DNA of 64,000 nucleotides from a virus: IMG/VR virus record IMGVR_UViG_3300042896_000283, positions 49,095 to 113,094 of that record; one strand, 5' to 3'. Shown piece by piece: positions 48,425 to 56,907 of this stretch (position 1 is its first letter; each line of letters starts with the position of its first letter). The notes under the pieces were generated by a model. It saw only the letters and a program-made list of their open reading frames with translations, ran no database searches and was not told where the DNA came from. The position numbers and the translations under genes were made by a program.

Positions 48425-48676
48425 TTATATTAATGTTGTAGTAGTAGTTGTTGTAACTTCATCTAAAACTACATCTATATAGTTAGTACATGTTCCAGTT
48501 GAAAATATTCTAATAGTGGTTGTATAATCTGGAACAAGTGCAGAAGAATATCCTGCAAGTAATGAAGCTTTTGATACTCCTGATTCAAATGCTGATGTAT
48601 AACCATCAAGGTTTGAATAAAGATTAAATGGACCTGAATCAGCTCCAGCTAGTGTTAATGTTATTAATGCTGTCAT
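48425..48676 (-). CDS. small beta-rich protein with C-terminal T7 tag
   Basis: ITLTLAGADSGPFNL...STGTC...DEV-T7-LI. Confidence 0.8.
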   Translation of the reverse strand: MTALITLTLAGADSGPFNLYSNLDGYTSAFESGVSKASLLAGYSSALVPDYTTTIRIFSTGTCTNYIDVVLDEVTTTTTTTLI

Positions 48677-48691
48677 TGGTTTGAATTTAAA

Positions 48692-49381
48692 TTAGTTATT
48701 AGGACAATATTCTTTTACTGATACTGAATCTATATAAATAGAATCAACATCTACACATAATGCGTTTCCAAATATTGCAAATTTGTTATTTCCTGTACAA
48801 AGTAAGGTTAAAGATATATTAGTAGTTCCACCTGAAAAGATTTGACCAGAACTTGTATTTCCTGCAAACACTTCAATGTATCCATCTGTACAAGTTATTC
48901 CTTTATGTAATGTAAGAGTAATACTATATATTTTACCTACTGTTAATACATCTTGTGATATACCATCGTACTCATCTGCTCCTGAGAAATTTGCACTACC
49001 TCCATATGCACTACTCCAAACCCATCCAACTTGATTAGAAAATAACCAATTATCTAAGTTATAAGTAAATCCTCCATTCACAATAAGTTCAATATCATTA
49101 CAAGTTGTGGTTGTTGTAGTTGTACAACATACTTCAAGTTGATTATTTATAAGAATTAAATCTTCAACAATAAGCATTACATCTTCTGTAATATTTGTAA
49201 TCTCTTCTGTAAGTGTAGATACACTAGATGCTACACTACATATAACTTCATCAAATTTACTAAGAATAGTATTTAAATCATCATTTGTATTTACACCTGT
49301 ACAAGGAAGAGGAGTACTATCATAAATGACAGCACTCGTTCCTATTATTGTTATATTATTTATTTCAGGACAATTTGCCAT
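48692..49381 (-). CDS. fibre/appendage protein: Cys anchor, coiled coil, T7 linker, CBM-like domain
   Basis: CC-T7-C then ELIVNGGF...YIDSVSVKE, typical jelly-roll carbohydrate-binding domain termini. Confidence 0.65.
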   Translation of the reverse strand: MANCPEINNITIIGTSAVIYDSTPLPCTGVNTNDDLNTILSKFDEVICSVASSVSTLTEEITNITEDVMLIVEDLILINNQLEVCCTTTTTTTCNDIELIVNGGFTYNLDNWLFSNQVGWVWSSAYGGSANFSGADEYDGISQDVLTVGKIYSITLTLHKGITCTDGYIEVFAGNTSSGQIFSGGTTNISLTLLCTGNNKFAIFGNALCVDVDSIYIDSVSVKEYCPNN

Positions 49382-49392
49382 TTTTATTTATT

Positions 49393-51282
49393 TTATACAG
49401 GATTACAATCATCAAACATTGTGCAAGTACTATATAGAATAGTGTATACACTATCTGTACTTGGGAAATAAACAGGAATATCATTTTTATAATAGAATAA
49501 TGAAATATTACCTATCTCAGTTGTTTTTATACAAAATCCATCAACACTAGGTCCTGCAAAAATATATTCACCAACAACTTCAGATCCATCACATCCAGAA
49601 TTTTTAGGAGTGGTTAAATAAACTGTATTGTCTGCTTTTCCTGGTGCAGGTGTATTTCCTGTAGCATCATCTAAATCTGTTTGAGAAATAGTTACATTCA
49701 TACATGTACAAGGATTAGTATAAACTGTAGTAGTGGTAGTAGTTGTAGCAGGTAGAATTAAATTTACTGTAGCACATTCTGGAGATTGTGATGCTCCTGA
49801 TACTGTAAAATCTCCAACATTAACTAATGTCAATCCATAAGGAGTTGTTAAACTAACTTCATAAACTGAACCTTCACTACATAAAATATATAATATATCA
49901 TTGTTCTCTGCTAATCCTAAAGGAAATTCTGATCCAATAGATGATGATATATCAATTGCTAGTTCTTGTAATCCTGTAAGTTTATCAAATTGGAATAATT
50001 TATAAACAATTCCAGAATTTGCTAAACATATTATTTTTCCTGTTAAGGTTATTAATATATCTCCAGAGATTTGATATCCAGATGGTAATGATGCAATTGT
50101 AGAAACTACAGTGGCAGTTGGACCAGTTATATCAATTTCAATAATAGTATCTAATAATGTTAGTGTGTTTGTAGTTATTAATCTTGTATTACTAATAGCA
50201 CCTAAACCTGCACCAAAAGTTACACCAACTGGGAAGTTAATGTCTCTATAGAATGAATAAGTCCAAGGATTTAATGTAATATTGTATTCTTTTATAATAC
50301 TAGATAGATTATCATACAACCACATTTTTGTAGGTGTATTTGCCATATCATTGCTAAAAGCTAAACTAGCTAATATCTCACTTTGATTTGTGTCTACATC
50401 ATATCCTAATATATCTCCATTAACAGCATTAATCAATATTGAACAATCATTTAATACTAATGGACATAATCCATCAACACAACTAGCTCCTATTGATATT
50501 GTTACTTCTGGACTATCAGCTTCACCACAACATCCACAAACTTTTATAACTTCTCCACTGTTAATTGGATCAACAGTAATAACATCTCCTAAACAATCAT
50601 TATATGTAAATGAATGACTTATAGTGTCTGTATTAGTAAATGTAAGACATTCACAAGGAAGAGTAGTAGTAGTAGTGGTTGTAGAAGAACTACTTGTAGT
50701 AGTAGTTGTTGTATTACAAGGACCTGTTGGTGTAGCTATAACTGTTCCAGGAACAACTAATGGGCTATTTGATTCAATACATATTTCTGTATCACCTGGT
50801 AATAAAACAATTGCTTCTTCTAATCCTGTAATACAATCAGTTACAATAATAGCTAATGGAGTTACTCCAGTATTTGTTAATAAGAAACTATCACATATAG
50901 GAATTAATGTAGTTGTAGTAGTTGTTGTAGCAACACAGCATACATCCAATGCATTATATATAGAATCTATATCATTATTAATAATTACTAGTTGTGTATT
51001 AATATTACTAACTTGAGAAGTTAATGTATTTATTTGACTAAGTAAGTTACAAATGATCTCATCAATTTTTTGTAATATCACATTAAGTGTATCACATGGT
51101 TCAGCAGTTGTGCATGTTAATGCAGGGCCATTATAAATAATAGTACTAGAAGCAGTTATTTTAGTTGAACATGGATCATTAGTATTACAACCATTATTGG
51201 TGATTATAGAACTACATCCGCATACATCATTTATAACTACATCTGTACAACAAGGATTTACTGGTAAATATGGATATGCCAT
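49393..51282 (-). CDS. Cys-rich multidomain fibre/appendage protein with Thr linkers
   Basis: Same anchor and coiled coil as 48692..49381; linkers T7, T6S4T7, T7; propeller-like domain. Confidence 0.65.
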   Translation of the reverse strand: MAYPYLPVNPCCTDVVINDVCGCSSIITNNGCNTNDPCSTKITASSTIIYNGPALTCTTAEPCDTLNVILQKIDEIICNLLSQINTLTSQVSNINTQLVIINNDIDSIYNALDVCCVATTTTTTTLIPICDSFLLTNTGVTPLAIIVTDCITGLEEAIVLLPGDTEICIESNSPLVVPGTVIATPTGPCNTTTTTTSSSSTTTTTTTLPCECLTFTNTDTISHSFTYNDCLGDVITVDPINSGEVIKVCGCCGEADSPEVTISIGASCVDGLCPLVLNDCSILINAVNGDILGYDVDTNQSEILASLAFSNDMANTPTKMWLYDNLSSIIKEYNITLNPWTYSFYRDINFPVGVTFGAGLGAISNTRLITTNTLTLLDTIIEIDITGPTATVVSTIASLPSGYQISGDILITLTGKIICLANSGIVYKLFQFDKLTGLQELAIDISSSIGSEFPLGLAENNDILYILCSEGSVYEVSLTTPYGLTLVNVGDFTVSGASQSPECATVNLILPATTTTTTTVYTNPCTCMNVTISQTDLDDATGNTPAPGKADNTVYLTTPKNSGCDGSEVVGEYIFAGPSVDGFCIKTTEIGNISLFYYKNDIPVYFPSTDSVYTILYSTCTMFDDCNPV

Positions 51283-51294
51283 TTTATTGATTTA

Positions 51295-52440
51295 TTAAGG
51301 TATATATATAATATAGTAACAAGGAAGAACTGGTTGAATATTTGTATGTGCTCCGTTTCCTCCTTGGTGATCATTTATAACAAAAACATTTTGTCCTGCA
51401 CCTGTTCCTTTTAAACCTGTAAATTCTGTACTAGTGTAAGCATGATTTGCTGTACCTGTTCCACTTTGTTGATTTATATTACTAATAACAGGAGCAGCAG
51501 TAACACTATAAGAAGCAGTAGAATTTATTCCTCCAAATCCATCAATATGCTTATGTCCAGGATCAGTTATGTTTACAGTGGCAAGGTGAGTATGATCTGG
51601 AATTTGCCCAAGTGATAATGTAGTAGTATTATTACCATATGCAGTATTTAATGCATAACTAGGATTACCACCACCAGGAATAGTTCTAGCAGGAAGTGTT
51701 AAACCACCCATAGATCCATCTGTTGTACCTACACCAATTACACCTCTTTTATCTGGCGTACCATTATTTCCATTACAAAGATATATATTTTCAAATGCTC
51801 CTGAATCAAGACCTTTACCTGTACTATCAAAATTACCAGCAATAGTTCCATAAAATTCTACTACAGTGTAAGGAACCATTCTATTATAATACTTTGATGA
51901 AGTACCTATATCATCTAAATATTGTTGGATTAAATCATTAAGATCAATAAGTTTTACATATGTACTAGGTAAGTTAGCTACTAATAGATCAAAAGAAACT
52001 TTTAGAGAACAAAGTGTATTAATTGTAGCTTGTACAATAGCATGTGTATTTGATGAAGCTGTAACTCCTGTCAAACATCCAATTGTATAATCAGCATTTA
52101 ATATGTTAAGTTCTAATACAATACCATCAATTTGTTCTTGTAGATCACAAGCAGCTTGAATAAGAGCTTTTGATATATCTACAATTGATATATCTGTACA
52201 AGTTGAACATATAGGAAGATATTTTTGTACAACAGTACATATATCAATACCAGTAAGATCTATCTTAACTCCCACACCATTCAATACAGATACAAGATAT
52301 GTAGTGAGTGATTGTTCTACAGAAGATAAAGTATCTCCAGTTTGAATTCCTAATTCAGGAACATCTATTCCTGTATATTTGACACATCTGTCAGAGACAA
52401 TCTCTGTACATCCGTTAAAACAATTTGTGCAATTGGACAT
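51295..52440 (-). CDS. tail fibre protein with collar-like domain
   Basis: YLCNGNNGTPD.RG, L...QIP.HTH, H.NIQP...YYII. Confidence 0.7.
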   Translation of the reverse strand: MSNCTNCFNGCTEIVSDRCVKYTGIDVPELGIQTGDTLSSVEQSLTTYLVSVLNGVGVKIDLTGIDICTVVQKYLPICSTCTDISIVDISKALIQAACDLQEQIDGIVLELNILNADYTIGCLTGVTASSNTHAIVQATINTLCSLKVSFDLLVANLPSTYVKLIDLNDLIQQYLDDIGTSSKYYNRMVPYTVVEFYGTIAGNFDSTGKGLDSGAFENIYLCNGNNGTPDKRGVIGVGTTDGSMGGLTLPARTIPGGGNPSYALNTAYGNNTTTLSLGQIPDHTHLATVNITDPGHKHIDGFGGINSTASYSVTAAPVISNINQQSGTGTANHAYTSTEFTGLKGTGAGQNVFVINDHQGGNGAHTNIQPVLPCYYIIYIP

Positions 52441-52459
52441 AGTTTTTATTTTAAAAGGT

Positions 52460-52822
52460 TTAAGCTGTTGTTGTTGTTGTGGTTGTAGGATTAGGTACTA
52501 TTGTAATATTACAAGGAACCTCTAAACAAGGTTCTGGAGTATTACATTTACTAACACATCCCACTGTAAGACGTATCACTCTACTAGCAATCATATTTAC
52601 TGAGTAGGTATGAACATAGTTAGGGTTTATATATTTGTATTGTAGTATTCTTCTATACCCTATCAACTGAAGAATATCACCAGCAGGTATAGGATTATTC
52701 AACATGTATGAAACATTGTTGTATAAACTATTACCAAGCTCTGCTAACTTGCAATCTATTTTTTTAAGTAAAGAAGGAATGTTTGCACACTCAGGGCAAT
52801 TAGTTAGTCTAGGTGATAACAT
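52460..52822 (-). CDS. Cys-rich structural protein with C-terminal T7 tag
   Basis: Ends PNP-T7-A. Confidence 0.7.
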   Translation of the reverse strand: MLSPRLTNCPECANIPSLLKKIDCKLAELGNSLYNNVSYMLNNPIPAGDILQLIGYRRILQYKYINPNYVHTYSVNMIASRVIRLTVGCVSKCNTPEPCLEVPCNITIVPNPTTTTTTTA

Positions 52823-52832
52823 AATATGAATT

Positions 52833-52928
52833 TTATTTATTTACTTTAGATGCGCAGTGTGCACATAATCCATTGGTCAATTGACAACCACACCCCACTT
52901 TAGCTCCGCAATTTAAACATTGTGCCAT
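52833..52928 (-). CDS. 31-aa Cys-rich peptide (not in ORF track)
   Basis: MAQCLNCGAKVGCGCQLTNGLCAHCASKVNK*; fills the gap between two genes. Confidence 0.7.
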   Translation of the reverse strand: MAQCLNCGAKVGCGCQLTNGLCAHCASKVNK

Positions 52929-52930
52929 AA

Positions 52931-53494
52931 TTAATAAAAGTTTAATTGATAGTTATTACCTGAACAACCACAGTTAGATTTAAGAAAACCGTTTAACATA
53001 TTATCTGCCTGAGCATATAATGTATTTGATTCATATTCTGCACAGTTATTAGCTGCAGCAATTGCTCCTTGAATAAAGAAGTTAATTGTATTTAATTGTA
53101 CGCTAGATTGCGTTTTAAGGGCTCTATCACACTCCATCATATTTAATTGGAGGAAAGCACTGTCAAACTTTTCTTGAAGTCTCTCAACACGTAATATAGT
53201 CTTTTCTACATAATTTGCATATGCAGGAGCTACAGAATATTTTAATCTATATACTCCATCAGGAAGTGGTTGATTACAACCAGCATCTGTTATCCCTAAA
53301 TTAGACGATGTGAATACATTTAATTGGTTAGGAACGAATGGTAATATTGTTGTTCCGAATCCTGGAATATCAATCTCAATAGATGGTGCTGAGACCACTG
53401 GAGGATTGGTAGGATATACAGAAGCATCTGCAACACCAAGAGTATTAACATCATAAGTAGGAACTACTAGTATATCTAATTGTAAGTTTGCCAT
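52931..53494 (-). CDS. putative tail hub/fibre-docking structural protein
   Basis: LPDGVY..KY motif, structural context, C-terminal CGC. Confidence 0.5.
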   Translation of the reverse strand: MANLQLDILVVPTYDVNTLGVADASVYPTNPPVVSAPSIEIDIPGFGTTILPFVPNQLNVFTSSNLGITDAGCNQPLPDGVYRLKYSVAPAYANYVEKTILRVERLQEKFDSAFLQLNMMECDRALKTQSSVQLNTINFFIQGAIAAANNCAEYESNTLYAQADNMLNGFLKSNCGCSGNNYQLNFY

Positions 53495-53510
53495 GTTGTT
53501 TTATAATAAA

Positions 53511-53553
53511 TATGCCAGAGGAATATGAGTGATATCCTCTTTCCCCTGGCATA
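53511..53553 (-). terminator. hairpin after the auxiliary capsid gene
   Basis: TATGCCAG / CTGGCATA arms with an inner AG-rich/CT-rich stem; T-rich tail on the minus strand. Confidence 0.5.
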
Positions 53554-53584
53554 GGTTATTTAATAATATTACTTATTCTTCTTC

Positions 53585-54784
53585 TTAAGGGATAAGAGTA
53601 GAAGTTGTAGTAGTAGTAGATGCAGGAGCACTAGATGTAGTAGTTGTAGTTGTAATACAAGCATTGTTATCTAATACAGTTCCTAAAGCAGCTTCTAAAA
53701 CAGTTTCAATTGCAGCAGCAATACCACTCGTTAAAGAGTTTGGAGCAGCAATAATTACAGTGCTATCTTCTTGAATGTAATCACCCCATTGATATGCAGA
53801 TTTATCAAGTTCATTGAATTTGATATAATAAGTATCATAAGTAACTCCACTAGATACCCAAGTCTCAAAGTTCTCGTTGTATCCATTCATTCTGTAAAGG
53901 TGTTTCAAGTAACCAGCTTGGTAGCTATAGAAATTTTTCTCTAATTGAGCAATTTCTGCAGATGTACCAGTAGCATAAGAAGCACGTTGAGTGATGATTG
54001 GTTGAGCAACAAAGTTACAAGCATCTGCAACAATAAAGTCAGCAGTAGTAGCTGGACCAGCATATACAAATGTTCTGAAAGACATTCTGTCATATTCAAA
54101 AGGGAACGCAGCAACATCACATGGTTGACCATATTTAGTTAATGGTTTTCCTGTAATACGTAAAATAGTTCCACCTACATTTTCAAATGTATAGAATGTA
54201 GAGAATGAAATGTTATCAGGGTTGTTTCCTGGAGCTTTCAAATTCAATTGATAAATTAATTCATCAATGATAGTTGATGTAGGTACATCATCACATGGGT
54301 TATCACCACAGTTACAACAAGGAGCTTGAATAGTTACTGATCTAGTGAAACCATTGAAATACAATGTATCAATGTAAGAAGAGTGTGCACGCAATGTTAA
54401 TGTGATAACTTCTCCACATTGTACAGTGAAATCAGTTACATCAGTAATTTGGTTAGCAGCAGTTGGACATCCTGATACTTTGTACCATTCTGTTACATTA
54501 GAACCTTGTGGTCTAATTACTTGAGCATTTCCTGTAAGAGAAACTGAACCACCTGCAATTCTATCAGATCTTTTAGATCCTTGCAAATAAGTGTTTGTTC
54601 TACCTTGAGCTACATAAAAGTAAGGAGTTGCTAAAATAGTAGTAGCATTAACTGCTAGATAAGCACTGTTAAAAATACCTACTTGACCAGCTGTCAAGTT
54701 TTGTGTTGAAATCGAACCAGCGCTAGGGAGTGTTGTTTGCCCCACTGGAACCACGAAGAGCGTGGTTAATGAAAAATCAGCCAT
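53585..54784 (-). CDS. structural protein (probable auxiliary capsid protein) with Thr/Ser C-terminal tail
   Basis: Third gene after the MCP as in the crAss-like gene order; ends ACI-T6-SSAPAS-T5-STLIP. Confidence 0.6.
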   Translation of the reverse strand: MADFSLTTLFVVPVGQTTLPSAGSISTQNLTAGQVGIFNSAYLAVNATTILATPYFYVAQGRTNTYLQGSKRSDRIAGGSVSLTGNAQVIRPQGSNVTEWYKVSGCPTAANQITDVTDFTVQCGEVITLTLRAHSSYIDTLYFNGFTRSVTIQAPCCNCGDNPCDDVPTSTIIDELIYQLNLKAPGNNPDNISFSTFYTFENVGGTILRITGKPLTKYGQPCDVAAFPFEYDRMSFRTFVYAGPATTADFIVADACNFVAQPIITQRASYATGTSAEIAQLEKNFYSYQAGYLKHLYRMNGYNENFETWVSSGVTYDTYYIKFNELDKSAYQWGDYIQEDSTVIIAAPNSLTSGIAAAIETVLEAALGTVLDNNACITTTTTTSSAPASTTTTTSTLIP

Positions 54785-54808
54785 TGTTTATTTATTTAAA
54801 TTAATAGT

Positions 54809-55540
54809 TTATTCGTTTGTTTGTATTCTATATGCTGCACTTTGAACAGCAGATTGATTTTCTGTATACATTGCTAGATTTTGAACTGTAAGATCTAAAA
54901 GTTCATCTTCTAAATATGTTTCTAATTCACAATCTTGATCATATGATGGTTCACCATCTAACATAATATATCCTGTTTTATTTATATATACTGGATATCT
55001 CATATACATTATCTGTAGATTCTTAGGGGTAAATGTACCATCTGTGAATATACTTATTTCATCTGATGCTAAGAAGTTAAATGTTTCTTGATATTCAAAT
55101 GAAGGTTTATAATGATCATTATTTAATATGAACTGAAGATCACCATGTTTAGCAAGATCTCGATTAATCCAAATCTTTCTATCTTTACATCTTCCTTTAT
55201 CAGCTAATGCGTAACTATCAACATAAAACATATATTTAGGCTCAAGTAAATGAATATTAGCAGCCCATTGATTTAGATCAGCATCCTTTAATGTTAATGT
55301 TAAAGGTTGATGATTATAATTCATTACAAGACTTTGTAAGTCTTCATAACGTTTTTTAAATGCATCAAGTCCTAATCCATTAGCAACAGCAATTCCATCA
55401 ACTTTTTGTTTTATCAACTTTATCTGAGCTTCATTCAAAGCTAAGATTTTATCTTCTAGTTGAATTTTTTGATGATCATTAGTTGATAGCTTATTTAATC
55501 TTTGATCAATCTTATACAATAAACTATCTACTGGTATCAT
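54809..55540 (-). CDS. conserved crAss-like head-tail ring/adaptor protein
   Basis: LNEAQ...KRYEDLQ.L, Y.RYP, CEL...L.DE..D..V. Confidence 0.65.
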   Translation of the reverse strand: MIPVDSLLYKIDQRLNKLSTNDHQKIQLEDKILALNEAQIKLIKQKVDGIAVANGLGLDAFKKRYEDLQSLVMNYNHQPLTLTLKDADLNQWAANIHLLEPKYMFYVDSYALADKGRCKDRKIWINRDLAKHGDLQFILNNDHYKPSFEYQETFNFLASDEISIFTDGTFTPKNLQIMYMRYPVYINKTGYIMLDGEPSYDQDCELETYLEDELLDLTVQNLAMYTENQSAVQSAAYRIQTNE

Positions 55541-55568
55541 ATTCTTTTATATTTTTAAAACTAGCTAC

Positions 55569-56540
55569 TTAAACAGCAGCTAGTTTTTTAGTTTTCAATT
55601 TACCTTCTAATACTAATAACTCATCTTGGTTATCATCATCAGCTAGGAATCTAATTAAATCTTCTTCATCTTTTGCTATTTCAAATTCACCTTCATAAAC
55701 CTTACCATTAGGTTTGATTCTATATACTGAATGAGCTACAGCTTGTTTTACTAAATCTTTTATATGGAGTAAAGCTTCTTTCATATCTGCAAATCTATTG
55801 AACACTTCAACTGGACTCAATCCTGAATATTTACCATTCTTGAATTCTGTTTGTTTCAATACATTATCTACCAAGTTGTATACTACTTCTTCTTTTGTTT
55901 CTTCTGTTACTGGAAGTCCTAAAAGTCTTGCAACTTTTTTCTTCTTCTCAGGACTCATAGAATCAAACTTAACAATAGCTTTATTGATCAATTGTTTTTT
56001 CTTAAAGATCACTGCATTTTCAATCTCATCATCTACAACATAAAATTGTGTATCTGCTGGAAATTCACCTCTTTCCCAAGCTTGATATGAACTTGCAATA
56101 GTTGGATGAACTCTTAACCATGAAAAAGCTATTTCTTGGAAAGAATTTGATAGATCAAAATAATTATCACCATCTAATAACTTAACTGATTGAACGTGTG
56201 TTTGATCATCTGTTGAAAGTGATAATCCATAGTTCCAGAATTGTGAGCGAGGTCCTAAATCAATATCCCCTATCTCATTTTCAAGTTTTATTTTAAGAGC
56301 TCTTACTCTTTCAATTTCCAATTCTTTTTCTAAAGGATCTTGAATTCGTTTGATGTAAGAAGCATTCTCATCTAAACCTGTTCTGTACTTTCCATCTAAT
56401 TCTTTATAAGGATATTTGAATACTCCTGTTCCAGGGATTCTTGTCATTCCTTTTTGTGATAGTCCACTATCCATTGTTTGAAGTTGAGCACTATTTGTAT
56501 AGTCTCTCTTAATAGTAGAAATTTTGCCTGTTTTACCCAT
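55569..56540 (-). CDS. conserved crAss-like protein downstream of the MCP
   Basis: 323 aa in the conserved position after the capsid gene. Confidence 0.6.
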   Translation of the reverse strand: MGKTGKISTIKRDYTNSAQLQTMDSGLSQKGMTRIPGTGVFKYPYKELDGKYRTGLDENASYIKRIQDPLEKELEIERVRALKIKLENEIGDIDLGPRSQFWNYGLSLSTDDQTHVQSVKLLDGDNYFDLSNSFQEIAFSWLRVHPTIASSYQAWERGEFPADTQFYVVDDEIENAVIFKKKQLINKAIVKFDSMSPEKKKKVARLLGLPVTEETKEEVVYNLVDNVLKQTEFKNGKYSGLSPVEVFNRFADMKEALLHIKDLVKQAVAHSVYRIKPNGKVYEGEFEIAKDEEDLIRFLADDDNQDELLVLEGKLKTKKLAAV

Positions 56541-56574
56541 AATGTAGTTAAATTTAATAATTGGTTTTAATTTG

Positions 56575-56648
56575 TTGCGTGAATAGGACTCGAACCTATG
56601 ACCTTCTGGTTATGAGCCAGACGAGATAACCAACTTCTCCATCACACG
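56575..56648 (-). tRNA. tRNA-Met(CAT), initiator-like
   Basis: CGTGTGA TG GAGA AGTTGGTTA TCTC G TCTGG CTCATAA CCAGA AGGTC ATAGG TTCGAGT CCTAT TCACGCA A; C1:A72 mismatch, A11:U24; no encoded CCA. Confidence 0.92.
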
Positions 56649-56650
56649 AT

Positions 56651-56706
56651 TTGCAGAGTGTCCCCATTGAAGGGAATGCGACTGTGGAATCACAATCCAT
56701 CACTCT
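56651..56706 (-). ncRNA. possible tRNA-like small structured RNA
   Basis: AGAGTG/CACTCT closing stem, GATTGTG/CACAGTC hairpin, T-arm-like TCCC-TTCAATG-GGGA, 3' GCAA. Confidence 0.35.
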
Positions 56707-56907
56707 TAAACTTAGTTACGTTGCTATGCAAGAGGCTTGACTAAGTCTGTTTATTTTTTTAAAGTGCAGGTGCTAAGGCAAATGCTTAGTTGGGCACTAG
56801 GTTTGAGATCAATCCCCTCTAGGAGGGAGAGGAGTTGAGGGGATTTTTCTCGGAAAAAAGAGAAGTATGCTGTTCTTATGGTAAGCATTACTTCTTCAAT
56901 TTCATTA

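Larger units (their letters stand above)
1284..53653 (-). repeat. dispersed hepta-threonine (ACN)7 tags
   Basis: Exact T7 at 1284, 1469, 2720, 11266, 39056, 39551, 48434, 49103, 49726, 50662, 50908, 52466; T8 at 38315; T6-S variants at 50695 and 53597..53653; codons mixed. Confidence 0.9.

Noticed and set aside
50624-51016. Plus-strand ORF with poly-Val runs, and the other plus-strand ORFs in the track
   Set aside because: Antisense shadows of minus-strand genes; poly-Val is simply the complement of the Thr codons
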